Below are positions 1-8,457 of a stretch of 64,000 nucleotides of DNA, one piece after another. Below the pieces are notes generated by a model. The model was not told the DNA's origin and made no database searches. It worked only from the letters and a program-made list of their open reading frames with translations. Positions within the stretch are counted from its first letter, which is position 1, and each line of letters begins with the position of its first letter. Position numbers and translations under genes: made by a program. Source of the stretch: Verrucomicrobiota bacterium (GTDB lineage: Bacteria > Verrucomicrobiota > Verrucomicrobiia > Limisphaerales > JBFMBT01); contig JBFMBT010000001.1 in the NCBI GenBank assembly GCA_040754875.1, positions 3,937 to 67,936 of the forward strand. The letters are read 5' to 3'.

Positions 1-479
1 ACACGCTCACCGACCATCTCTGGAAATACCTGCAAGATTACGCGGCTAAACACCGTGCCGCTGGCAACGGTTTTGGCTTCGGCTTGGTCACAGGCAAGGA
101 CGTTGCGCGAACGTTGAGCGCTCGTTACTACAAGGACGGTTCGGAAATCCTCATTTGGCAGGGACCAAGCAAGAACCCTCGGCGTCTCACTCCGCGAGAG
201 TGCGCTCGACTCATGGGATTTGACCGCAAGTTCATTGGCCGTGACTTCATAATTCCAGTTTCTGACACCCAAGCCTACAAGCAGTTCGGCAACTCCGTGG
301 TCGTTCCTGTTGTTGAGCGAATCGCGAAGGCTGTCGTCGCTACGCTGCGTCGACCATTAGGTCAGCGCCCGGACCTGACACTGGCGTTGACGGATGAACC
401 AAATCCAGAGGCGGCCGGTAGAACCGTGCATGCCGTGAGTTACCGTAAAGCGAGAAAACCAAGGAAAAGGGGATTGTGA
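1..479 (+). CDS. DNA (cytosine-5)-methyltransferase, C-terminal part (5' end outside window)
   Basis: The frame is open from nt 3. The translation [15 protein letters not shown] ... [14 protein letters not shown] ... [14 protein letters not shown] matches the C-terminal conserved blocks of C5-MTases (GNSV = motif X). The stop overlaps the next gene's start (GTGA at 476-479). Confidence 0.9.
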   Translation, partial: TLTDHLWKYLQDYAAKHRAAGNGFGFGLVTGKDVARTLSARYYKDGSEILIWQGPSKNPRRLTPRECARLMGFDRKFIGRDFIIPVSDTQAYKQFGNSVVVPVVERIAKAVVATLRRPLGQRPDLTLALTDEPNPEAAGRTVHAVSYRKARKPRKRGL

Positions 480-1828
480 ACCTGCATCAACTTAAGTCGC
501 TATTTGTGCAAGCCGGTTGCGTTAGGCTTTACGCGAAGCCGCTGGCCGAGAACGACAATTCAAAAAACCAAGTTTATTTTGCTGGTGCGGTGGAAGCTTT
601 GCACGCATTCCCAAGCGTCCAAATCTTTGCCGAGAACACGAAAAAGAAGGGGCCGAGTTTCAAAGCACGATTAAACTTCGGATGGCTGCAAGAGAACGGC
701 ACCGTCGCGCAAGCCCCGGGAGCACAATTAATCCTCTATTCTCAATATCCGGAAGTTCGGTTTTCCGGATTTCTGGACGGATGCAAGGGGGGGCCAAATG
801 TCCTTATGGTGGACCGGAAACGGGCCGGGCGCCTTCCGCCTGAGCTACGGAAGCAGATCGTCGGTCGAATCTTATTTTTAGGGGTTACGACCGATAGACA
901 GGTTCGTGGCTTTGTCGCGGCGGGCGACTCAGAAGTAGCCTTGGAATTCAAAGCGAGTTCTTTTCCGTCGGCATTTGTAGTATTTAAAGAAATCGCGCTT
1001 CCACAAGTCGCAAGCGAGGACGACGCGCGCATGCGATTGATTGCCGAGTTAAAGCGAATCAATCGCCTTGGCTGGATCGATTCCAAGCAGCTTGATTCAG
1101 ACGGGCGGTTGAAACCTTGCACCGCCCCGCAATGTGGCGGGTTTACGCTGGAGGCTGAACTCGGTATTCCCAAGAACAGCGACGCTGAACCAGATTTTCT
1201 TGGCTGGGAGGTCAAGCAGTACGCCGTGGAAGATTTCGAGCGCATCGAGTCTGCCAAGCCGATCACTATGCTTACGCCTGAGCCGGATGGTGGCTATTAC
1301 AAGGATGTGGACGCGGAGGCGTTTATCCGCAAGTTTGGCTACGAAGACAAGAACGACAAGCCAGACCGGTTGAACTTTGGGGGTCGGCACGCTATAGGCC
1401 AGCGATGTTCGACCACGAAGTTAACTATGCAACTGGTTGGTTTCGATGTGACATCTGGCAAAATCACTAATGCAAACGGCGAGATAGCCCTAGTGAGTGC
1501 CGCAGGCGAGGTAGCGGCCTCGTGGTCTTTCCGAAAAATCCTTGAACACTGGTCGCGCAAACACACGAAAGCGGTTTATGTGCCATCAATGCGCCGCACG
1601 GAACCGCACTGGCAATACGCCTACGGCCACAAAGTGCGCCTTGCGCAACGGACGGATTCGCTCAGGTTGCTGCGCGCGTTTTCGTCGGGTGCGATGTTTT
1701 ACGATCCGGCCATCAAGCTTGAGAATGCTTCGACGCCGGACCGCAAGGTCAAGAAGAGGAGTCAATTTCGAGTCGCGTCTAAGAACATCAGCGCGCTTTA
1801 CGATTCAGTAGAAACCGTGGAATTGTGA
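476..1828 (+). CDS. putative type II restriction endonuclease (MvaI/BcnI-like PD-(D/E)XK C-terminal domain plus ~200-aa N-terminal domain)
   Basis: It is translationally coupled to the MTase and followed by vsr. [29 protein letters not shown] fits the D-x(n)-E-x-K nuclease pattern and resembles the BcnI/MvaI catalytic segment as I recall it. N-terminal [18 protein letters not shown] is reminiscent of EcoRII-N-type effector domains. Not searched. Confidence 0.6.
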   Translation: MNLHQLKSLFVQAGCVRLYAKPLAENDNSKNQVYFAGAVEALHAFPSVQIFAENTKKKGPSFKARLNFGWLQENGTVAQAPGAQLILYSQYPEVRFSGFLDGCKGGPNVLMVDRKRAGRLPPELRKQIVGRILFLGVTTDRQVRGFVAAGDSEVALEFKASSFPSAFVVFKEIALPQVASEDDARMRLIAELKRINRLGWIDSKQLDSDGRLKPCTAPQCGGFTLEAELGIPKNSDAEPDFLGWEVKQYAVEDFERIESAKPITMLTPEPDGGYYKDVDAEAFIRKFGYEDKNDKPDRLNFGGRHAIGQRCSTTKLTMQLVGFDVTSGKITNANGEIALVSAAGEVAASWSFRKILEHWSRKHTKAVYVPSMRRTEPHWQYAYGHKVRLAQRTDSLRLLRAFSSGAMFYDPAIKLENASTPDRKVKKRSQFRVASKNISALYDSVETVEL

Positions 1829-1936
1829 CCGGTGATAATTCGCGTAATGAGAGAGTCAGAGTTGAGGGAAAGCGGTTTTCCCAATCAGCGTCCGTAGCAA
1901 AGATTGGCGGTTCAACTTTCTTAACGTGTCCGTCCC

Positions 1937-2578
1937 ATGCCTGACGTCTTCACCAAGGCCAAGCGTTCGCAGGTGATGTCGCGTATTCGCGGGCGCGGCA
2001 ACAAGGTCACGGAACTGGCCCTCGTGCGCGTGTTCCGCCAGCAAGGCATCACGGGGTGGAGGAGGCAGGTTTCGCTGGCGCTCAGGGTTCGGAGTTCAAA
2101 AAGACCCACCCCTGCCCCTCCGAGGAGGGGAAAAGTTCAAAGTTCAAGGTTCAAGGTTCGCAGTTCAAAAAGACCCACCCCTAACCCCTCCAAGGAGGGG
2201 AAAGTTCGAGGTTCAACGTTCACGGTTCGAGGTTCAAAAGCACCCACCCCTTACCCCTCCCGGGAGGGGAACAGAACCACGGGCATGGTGCGGCCGGATT
2301 TTGTGTTTCCGAAGTTGCGCGTGGCGGTGTTTGTGGACGGGTGTTTCTGGCACGGCTGTCCGCTGCACGCCACCAAGCCGCGCAGCAACGCCGCCTTCTG
2401 GCGCAAAAAGCTCGCGTCGAACCAGGCGCGGGATCGACTCGTCACCCGCACGTTGCGCCGGCGCGGCTGGCGCGTGTTGCGCATCTGGGAGCACGACCTG
2501 GCCCGCAAACGCCAGGGGCGATTGTTACGGATTCTTAAACCGCTGGCTGGCGCCGGCGTTGAATCGTTAAAAAGTTAA
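1937..2578 (+). CDS. vsr: very short patch repair endonuclease (Vsr) carrying an in-frame 3 x 23-aa repeat insertion
   Basis: N-terminal KAKRSQVMSRIRGRGNKVTELALVRVF and core RPDFVFPKLRVAVFVDGCFWHGCPLH ... WRVLRIWEHDL are canonical Vsr blocks. About 70 extra residues sit between them. Confidence 0.85.
   Translation: MPDVFTKAKRSQVMSRIRGRGNKVTELALVRVFRQQGITGWRRQVSLALRVRSSKRPTPAPPRRGKVQSSRFKVRSSKRPTPNPSKEGKVRGSTFTVRGSKAPTPYPSREGNRTTGMVRPDFVFPKLRVAVFVDGCFWHGCPLHATKPRSNAAFWRKKLASNQARDRLVTRTLRRRGWRVLRIWEHDLARKRQGRLLRILKPLAGAGVESLKS
2086..2272. repeat. tandem repeat, 3 copies, period exactly 69 bp, inside vsr
   Basis: Copies start at 2086, 2155 and 2224 (GGTTCGnAGTTCAAAAAGACCCACCCCT...). Each carries the palindrome CCCCTC-N4-GAGGGG and GTTCAAAGTTCAAGGTTC-type words. 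Confidence 0.9.
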
Positions 2579-2706
2579 ATCGTTGAATCGGAGGGGATTT
2601 TTTTAAACCGCTGATCGACGCTAATTTTTCGGCCTGAATTCGCGTTCATTCGCGCCATTCGCGTCAACCCACTTCGCCTTCCGAGGGCGGACAGAAAAAC
2701 ATGTGT

Positions 2707-2803
2707 CAACCGAATGCGGGTCAGACGAATGGGGAAGCGAGGAGGAATCTCCAAGTTCGGAGTTCAAAGTTCAAAGTTCCATTCGCCTGACCACATTCGG
2801 TTG
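2707..2803. repeat. ~97-nt hairpin element, copy 1 (25-26 nt arms)
   Basis: Left arm CAACCGAATGCGGGTCAGACGAATGG (2707-2732) pairs with right arm CCATTCGCCTGACCACATTCGGTTG (2779-2803). The loop holds GAGTTCAAAGTTCAAAGTTC. A near-identical copy lies at 4388-4484. Confidence 0.8.
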
Positions 2804-2980
2804 AGATTTCCGTTGTCTTGGTTCCCTTCTTCGAATTCGTGTCCATCGGTGTTCATCCGTGGTTAATCGTTGGTTGATGGTCGGGTGAGTTGAGGGTTGA
2901 GAGGCGCGACAAAATGCCAAGTCCACTGATCAAAGCACGATTCAACGATTTAACTTTTCAACGCTTCAACGCAAATCCGT

Positions 2981-3323
2981 GCCCTTTCGCGGCCATCCCC
3001 AAATTCGCGTCCTTTTGCGTCTTTGGCGGGCGATCGTCTTTATGGGGGCAATAGACAGAAAGATTGGCAGACAGAAAAATGGGGTCATGTGTCAACCGAA
3101 TGCGGGTCAGACGAATGGGGAAGCGAGGAGTTCCCTTTCGTGCTCCTCCTCGTCGTCGTCCGTCGTCCTCGTTCTTTGCGCCTTCTGTGCCCTTTCGCGG
3201 CCATCCCCAAATTCGCGTCTTTGGCGGGCGACCGTCTTTATGGGGGCAATAGACAGAAAGATTGGCAGACAGAAAAATGGGAACATGTGTCAACCGAATG
3301 CGGGTCAGACGAATGGGGAAGCG
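2981..3323. repeat. two tandem ~198-bp repeat units (left array)
   Basis: The core ATGTGTCAACCGAATGCGGGTCAGACGAATGGGGAAG recurs at 2701, 3087, 3285, 4173 and 4382. The inter-core sequence (CTCCTCCTCGTCGTCGTCCGTCGTCCTCG...CGCGGCCATCCCCAAATTCGCG...GGGGGCAATAGACAGAAAGATTGGCAGACAGAAAAATGG) is also conserved. Confidence 0.85.
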
Positions 3324-3348
3324 ATTGGAAGTGAATGATGATCGATTG

Positions 3349-4017
3349 TCACCGATTGTGGATGCGATCTGGGTTCGCTCGTAGAAAGTCCGCAAAGTCG
3401 GGTTGAATGCGCTGAATGACGGGGTCAAAGGGATAGATGACTCCGTCCTCCGCTTGCATGGCGTTTCGGGGAAAGAGGTCAAAAATCAGCAACCCGTTTC
3501 TCTCATCGTAATAGGCGCCCGGCGTGAGTGTTTCAAATCCCTTGGCAGCCATGGTTTCATCAATAGCGGCCTGCGCAGGCACGATTCCTTTGATCGCGGG
3601 TTGTGAGGTGACGATGACCGGTTTGCCTCCCTTCAGTACTACGCGCTCCAGGCGGATGTCATCGTTGAATATGATGTTCTGCAAGTTCAGCCGGTCGAGA
3701 TATTCCGCTGGAGTTGCTCCATGGCTAAACGAACCCAAGGCAATGCCGTAGCCTTTGTGTTTGCCCAATTGGGTGGCCTTTAGAACTCGATTGGACTTCT
3801 CCTCCATGCGGACGATATGCTCACCTCCGCCTACGTCGTCCTTGGGCAACCGTCCGCCTAGTTTCCGGTGGTCTTTGGCCCAGTCGATGAGACGGCGCTG
3901 CTCCGTTTCAATTCTTTGCGCGCGCTGGCGCTCAGTGGCATCGTGATCTGGAACTGGCGGAGCCCCTCCACGCGTGAAGTGAGCGGATGACTCAAGCGTC
4001 CTTTGAGCGTCGGCCAT
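3349..4017 (-). CDS. hypothetical protein, possible atypical kinase fold (polyvalent-protein-type kinase-like)
   Basis: 222-aa ORF with non-repetitive, balanced composition. GGGEHIVRMEEKSNRVLKAT looks like a Gly-rich loop plus Lys. EYLDRLNLQNIIFNDDIRLERV and IFDLFPRNAMQAEDGVIYPFDPV look like a D-x-x-P-x-N catalytic loop plus a metal Asp. The family call is from memory only. Confidence 0.45.
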   Translation of the reverse strand: MADAQRTLESSAHFTRGGAPPVPDHDATERQRAQRIETEQRRLIDWAKDHRKLGGRLPKDDVGGGEHIVRMEEKSNRVLKATQLGKHKGYGIALGSFSHGATPAEYLDRLNLQNIIFNDDIRLERVVLKGGKPVIVTSQPAIKGIVPAQAAIDETMAAKGFETLTPGAYYDERNGLLIFDLFPRNAMQAEDGVIYPFDPVIQRIQPDFADFLRANPDRIHNR

Positions 4018-4060
4018 GGCCGTTTGTTGATGGTCGTCCGGTGTGGCATGTATGTTTCAA

Positions 4061-4088
4061 ATGATAGCAGATGATCCGCCATTTGCGA
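4061..4088 (-). promoter_or_regulatory. candidate sigma70-type promoter for the 3349-4017 gene
   Basis: On the minus strand: TCGCAA (4088-4083), 16 nt, then TGcTATCAT (extended -10; TATCAT = 4066-4061), about 40 nt upstream of the ATG. Confidence 0.3.
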
Positions 4089-4139
4089 GACTTTTTAGCG
4101 CGCGAACGATCCAGGTTGGGTTGAACCGCTGATGAAGCT

Positions 4140-4484
4140 GACAGAAAGATTGGCAGACAGAAAAATGGGAACATGTGTCAACCGAATGCGGGTCAGACGA
4201 ATGGGGAAGTATTCGGAGTTCTCTTTCGTGCTCCTCCTCGTCGTCGTCCGTCGTCCTCGTCCCTTGCGCCTTCTGTGCTCTTTCGCGGCCATCCCCAAAT
4301 TCGCGTCCTTTTGCGTCTTTGGCGGGCGATCGTCTTTATGGGGGCAATAGACAGAAAGATTGGCAGACAGAAAAATGGAACATGTGTCAACCGAATGCGG
4401 GTCAGACGAATGGGGAAGCGAGGAGGAATCTCCAAGTTCGGAGTTCAAAGTTCAAAGTTCCATTCGCCTGACCACATTCGATTG
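4140..4484. repeat. two tandem ~209-bp repeat units (right array) ending in hairpin element copy 2 (4388-4484)
   Basis: Same unit and same orientation as 2981-3323. The terminal ~115 nt are near-identical to 2695-2806. Confidence 0.85.
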
Positions 4485-4560
4485 AGTTCCGGCCTGGTGG
4501 GAGGTGCGACGTCCATCACGCTTCAACGATTCAGCGCATCACGCTTCAACGCCCCCGCAT

Positions 4561-4600
4561 ACGTGGGATTACGTGGGATTACGTGGGATTACGTGGGATA
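4561..4600. repeat. 4 x 10-bp perfect tandem repeat ACGTGGGATT (last copy ends A)
   Basis: Read directly: acgtgggatt acgtgggatt acgtgggatt acgtgggata. It lies 110 bp upstream of the GT2 gene start. Confidence 0.95.
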
Positions 4601-4710
4601 ACCTGCCGGTTCCGCCCGCTTCCGCCCGATATCGGCATATATGAGCGCCGGCCGCGTTGGGCGCCAAAAAGGCTGCATCTGGTAGGCGGGTTGGCTAGAG
4701 TGCGGGCGGA

Positions 4711-5478
4711 ATGTTCAAGGGCCAGAAAGTCGTGGTGGTCATGCCGGCTTATAATGCCGCGCGGACGTTGCGCCGCACGTACGATGAGGTGATGGAGGAG
4801 GGGATCGTGGACCTGGTGATCCTGGTGGACGACGCGAGCCACGACGACACGTTCGCCATCGCCAGCGCGCTGCCGCATACGTTGACGCACCGGCACGATC
4901 GCAACCGCGGTTACGGCGGCAATCAGAAGACGTGTTACCGGATGGCGCTGGAAGCGGGGGCGGACATCGTGATCATGATTCACCCGGATTACCAGTACAC
5001 GCCCAAGCTGATTCCGGCGATGGTGTCGATCATCGGCAACGGGCTGCATCCGTGCGTGCTGGGCAGCCGCATCCTGGGGGGCTATGCGCTCCAGGGCGGG
5101 ATGCCGTGGTGGCGGTATGTGGCGAACCGTTTTCTGACGCTGGCGGAAAATATTTTGATGGGCGCGAAGTTGTCGGAGTTCCACACGGGTTACCGGGCGT
5201 TTTCCCGGGAGTTGCTGGAGCGGCTGCCGCTGGCGGAGAATTCGGATGATTTCGTGTTCGACAACCAGATGCTGGCGCAGATTTTGTGGTTTGGTTACAC
5301 GATTGCGGAGGTGAGTTGCCCGACGAAGTATTTCACGGAGGCGTCGTCGATCAATTTTGCGCGCAGCGTGAAGTATGGGTTCGGTTGCCTGGCCACGGGA
5401 CTGAGTTTCCGGCTGGCGCGGATGGGGTTGGGGAGGTCGCGGCTGTTTCCGAAGGTCCCGGCGCCGTCGGTTCCTTGA
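4711..5478 (+). CDS. family 2 glycosyltransferase
   Basis: VVVMPAYNAARTL ... LVDDASHDDT ... HRHDRNRGYGGN ... DADIVIMIHPDYQ: the GT-A/GT2 N-terminal signature including the DxD-like motif. Confidence 0.85.
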   Translation: MFKGQKVVVVMPAYNAARTLRRTYDEVMEEGIVDLVILVDDASHDDTFAIASALPHTLTHRHDRNRGYGGNQKTCYRMALEAGADIVIMIHPDYQYTPKLIPAMVSIIGNGLHPCVLGSRILGGYALQGGMPWWRYVANRFLTLAENILMGAKLSEFHTGYRAFSRELLERLPLAENSDDFVFDNQMLAQILWFGYTIAEVSCPTKYFTEASSINFARSVKYGFGCLATGLSFRLARMGLGRSRLFPKVPAPSVP

Positions 5479-5546
5479 ACGGAGTTGCCAAGGTGGCGGA
5501 CCTGCGCGAAGGTATTTTTGTCGGCGGGCGCCCGGCGACGTGTGAT

Positions 5547-6512
5547 ATGAATCGAGCGGCAGTGATTTTCGGCGTGCTTCTGGTGCTGGTCACCGCGGGG
5601 CTGGCGTACGTGATCCACACGCAGGACAAGGCGCATGCGGCGCTGGCGGCGCAATTGGCCGCGGCGCAGACGTCGAACGTTCAATTCCAGCAGGAACTGG
5701 CGGCGCGCGAAGCCGCCACCAAGGAACAAGCGGCGCGCCTGACGGCGCTCACGGAGATGCTCACCGAAACGACGGCCAAATTGAACGTTACTTCCGCGCG
5801 CCTGGCGGATTACAAAAAGCACGCCGACCAGGTGGCCGCCGAGGAGGCGGCGGCCGCGAAAAAGGAAGCGGACTTGCTGGCCAAAAAGGACGAGGTGCCC
5901 GCGCCATCCATCACCGTGACGACCGATCGTTCGGGGCGCCAGACGCAAACGTATGTTTTCCCGAAGCTGCTGGGTCCGGGCGGGCAGGTGCTGGCGGCGG
6001 AGGCGGAGTTTGGCAGCGCGTATGGGCGGCGCTTTGTGTTCAGGCGCGAAGGCGCGGCGCCGCTGGCGTTTGACGTGGATGAGTTGCACCCGGGGGTGTT
6101 GCTGCATCTGGGCCTGAAACCCGAAGCGGTGAAACAGGCGGCGGCCGAGCTGGAACAGAAGAACCGTTTGCAGGAAGCCATTTACTATCAAAAGCTGGCC
6201 GCGCGCCGGGCGGCCGAGCAGAAGGCCGCGTCCGAACAGGCGAAGTTCCAACTGGAACTGGCGAAGCTCCAGGAGGAATCGCGCAAGGCGCAGGCGGAGG
6301 AAGCGTTGCAGTTGCGCGCGGTGGAGAACGACCGGCTGCGCGCCGAGGCGACGATCCGGCAAAGCGAGGCGTCGATCAACGATCCCTGGCGCGCCCTGTT
6401 TCCGAATTACATTTTCAATTATCAGAATCCCATTTTCGTGGGACCGAACACGCAACCGGTGGAGCCTGTGCCGCAGCCGAACCCGTTTGTGCGCGATCCA
6501 CGGGCCAATTAA
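5547..6512 (+). CDS. membrane-anchored coiled-coil protein, unknown function
   Basis: Internal ATG at 5547 gives MNRAAVIFGVLLVLVTAGLAYVI (TM anchor), then A/E/K/Q-rich heptad-like sequence. The upstream part of the 5286 ORF overlaps the GT2 gene in another frame. Confidence 0.55.
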   Translation: MNRAAVIFGVLLVLVTAGLAYVIHTQDKAHAALAAQLAAAQTSNVQFQQELAAREAATKEQAARLTALTEMLTETTAKLNVTSARLADYKKHADQVAAEEAAAAKKEADLLAKKDEVPAPSITVTTDRSGRQTQTYVFPKLLGPGGQVLAAEAEFGSAYGRRFVFRREGAAPLAFDVDELHPGVLLHLGLKPEAVKQAAAELEQKNRLQEAIYYQKLAARRAAEQKAASEQAKFQLELAKLQEESRKAQAEEALQLRAVENDRLRAEATIRQSEASINDPWRALFPNYIFNYQNPIFVGPNTQPVEPVPQPNPFVRDPRAN

Positions 6513-6540
6513 TCAGGGCGTGTCGGGCTTTCAGACGGGC

Positions 6541-7347
6541 TCAAGCCACGCCGGGTGTCCAGAGTTTCGGCCCTTCGCCGGGGCAGGTTGCCAGGCGCCG
6601 CGCCTTGAACTCGATGTAGGGCGGCACAAAGGCGCTGCGATGGCCGAAGGTCCCGGGCTTCGCATCCTTCTCCGAATAACGCGGCTCCACCACATCTTCG
6701 ATGATGAAACCCGCGCGGCACAATCCGCCGAGCAGGTCGCCCCAGCGATGGAGGAATTCCAGCGTGCCGGCTTCGCGGTGGAGGCTCGGCTCGCACGGCG
6801 GAAGCGGCCCGCCGGCGTAATACGATTCCATGATGGTGTAGCCGAGCGGGCCGGGCCGCAGGCTGGCCTGGAGGTTGATGGGCTGTTTGTGCTTGCTCAG
6901 GTACAACCCGCCCGCCACGAGCACACGCGCGAGTTCCGCGTACACCTTGCGGATGTCCGGCACGTAACACGTGCTGACCGGCTGCACCACGACGTCGAAG
7001 CTGTCGTCCGCCAGCGCGGAAAGGTTGTCCATGCTCGCCTCGACGGTCTGCAATTCCAGCCCGCGTTCGGCGGCCACCTTGCGGTCCTGTTCGAGCATCG
7101 CGGGGCTGATGTCCACCACGGTCACGCGCGCGCCGAGCGCGGCGAACAACGCCGCCTGCCGCCCGCCGCCGCTGGCCAGGCACAACACGCGCCGGTCCTT
7201 GAGGGGATGTGGCAGCCAGCCCAGGCGGTCCAGGGCCAGCAACGGATTTTTGAAATCGTCGTCGGACGCGACGGAAGTGTGGCGCTTGCTTTCGCGCACG
7301 CGTTCGTCCCATGCCCGCCGGTTGTGGCCCAAAACATCGTTGTCCAT
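6541..7347 (-). CDS. class I SAM-dependent methyltransferase
   Basis: VLCLASGGGRQAALFAALGARVTVVDIS (motif I / post-I). Start chosen at MDNDVLGHNRRAWDE (ATG complement at 7345-7347). The longer 430-aa ORF extension is Arg/Pro-rich and overlaps sixA. Confidence 0.8.
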   Translation of the reverse strand: MDNDVLGHNRRAWDERVRESKRHTSVASDDDFKNPLLALDRLGWLPHPLKDRRVLCLASGGGRQAALFAALGARVTVVDISPAMLEQDRKVAAERGLELQTVEASMDNLSALADDSFDVVVQPVSTCYVPDIRKVYAELARVLVAGGLYLSKHKQPINLQASLRPGPLGYTIMESYYAGGPLPPCEPSLHREAGTLEFLHRWGDLLGGLCRAGFIIEDVVEPRYSEKDAKPGTFGHRSAFVPPYIEFKARRLATCPGEGPKLWTPGVA

Positions 7348-7482
7348 GGCGGGAGCTTTCCCCAGCGGGGCAGAGCTGGCCAGCGGAAATGCGCCCGCTT
7401 TGGACCGCGGCTGGGGCAGCCGCGGTCCGCAACGAGTGCGGATTCTCTGGCGAAGGTTGACGCGTGGGGTAAACTGTTTTTC

Positions 7483-7959
7483 ATGCGCCTGTACTTTCTC
7501 CGCCATGCGGATGCGTCGCCCGGGGCGGACGACGCGGCGCGGCCGCTTACCACGCTGGGCGAAAAGCAAAGCAAAGTCGTCGGGCATTTCCTCAAGCAAA
7601 TCGGCGTGATGTTCGACGCGGCGTACAGCAGTCCCCTGGTGCGCGCGCACCAGACGGCTGACCTCGTGCTGCCCATCACCAATCACGCGGAGAAGCTGTC
7701 GCTGCAGGTTGTCGAGGCGTTGCTCAACGAAACCTCGCAGGCGGAATTCGACCGCTGGCTGAAGAAAATTCCTGACGGACGGCACGTCCTGCTCGTCGGC
7801 CATGCGCCGTCGCTGCCAGAGCGCGCGTGCCACCTGCTGGGCGTGGCGAATGCCGAGGTGATGAAGCTGCCCAAGGCCGGCCTGGCGTGCATCAAGACGG
7901 ATGACCGCGAAACCGGCTCGCTAAAACTGTTCATCAGTTCGAAAGTGTTGGGCGAGTAG
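7483..7959 (+). CDS. sixA: phosphohistidine phosphatase SixA-like (histidine phosphatase superfamily)
   Basis: MRLYFLRHADA ... LTTLGEKQ ... SSPLVRAHQTA ... LLVGHAPSL: the RHG-type phosphatase motifs, ~158 aa. Confidence 0.75.
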   Translation: MRLYFLRHADASPGADDAARPLTTLGEKQSKVVGHFLKQIGVMFDAAYSSPLVRAHQTADLVLPITNHAEKLSLQVVEALLNETSQAEFDRWLKKIPDGRHVLLVGHAPSLPERACHLLGVANAEVMKLPKAGLACIKTDDRETGSLKLFISSKVLGE

Positions 7960-8344
7960 CCAGCTTTCGCAGCCACCACCAGCCCAGCGCGCTGCCCGCG
8001 AAGTAATAAGGGAAATCGGACCACGCAAACGTGTCGCCCAGAATTGTGCGCCCGATGAAACTGGCGCGCAGCGTTTCCAGGAAGGGTGGATGCCACAGTT
8101 GCAAAAATTCCAGCGCGCACGTCCCCGCCAGCACGGCCAGCGCGATCACGGTCGCCCGCGCGCAGGGAAAAAGGAATTGAAACCCGAGGCACCAGAACAC
8201 TTCGTACAGCGCGCCGCCCAGCGAGCCTTTCACCCAGTCCGCGCCTGGGCCGTGATGGAACTTGGTGGCGAAGCCGAGCGGCACAACCACCGCCATCGAA
8301 ATCACCAGGCGCCAGCGCAGCCGCCGCAAGTCCGCGTCGTCCAT
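7934..8344 (-). CDS. small integral membrane protein (DUF2809-like)
   Basis: 136 aa with four hydrophobic segments and Trp-rich ends (GSALGWWWLRK). The family name is tentative. Confidence 0.5.
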   Translation of the reverse strand: MDDADLRRLRWRLVISMAVVVPLGFATKFHHGPGADWVKGSLGGALYEVFWCLGFQFLFPCARATVIALAVLAGTCALEFLQLWHPPFLETLRASFIGRTILGDTFAWSDFPYYFAGSALGWWWLRKLATRPTLSN

Positions 8345-8457
8345 ACCGGAATGATGCCGGGCGCGCGCCGTTTTGCGATGCCGGAATGCAAGAACTGCAA
8401 ACGTTTTCGCGCTTTCTCCCGCTTGACCGCGGGGAAATTCGTCCGGATGATATCCGC

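Noticed and set aside
2695-4486. Possible CRISPR array, given the regularly spaced 37-nt repeats
   Set aside because: The period is ~200 bp rather than 60-75 bp. The sequence between the repeats is itself conserved between units, so there are no unique spacers. No cas genes are present. A protein-coding gene sits in the middle.
2958-4601. ORFs reading through the repeat arrays (2958-3482 minus, 2979-3338 plus, 4095-4448 minus, 4173-4601 plus) as real proteins
   Set aside because: Their sequences are just translations of the repeat units in several frames on both strands (FPIRLTRIRLTH..., CQPNAGQTNGE...). They are low-complexity and mutually overlapping.
6487-7959. Single 490-aa plus-strand protein
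   Set aside because: Only the last 158 aa (from ATG 7483) look like a real protein (SixA). The upstream part is the antisense shadow of the well-supported methyltransferase at 6541-7347.
8086-8457. N-terminal 124-aa extension of the FG-GAP protein
   Set aside because: The extension is Arg/Pro/Ser-rich and overlaps the DUF2809-like gene on the other strand. A proper signal peptide begins at the ATG at 8458.
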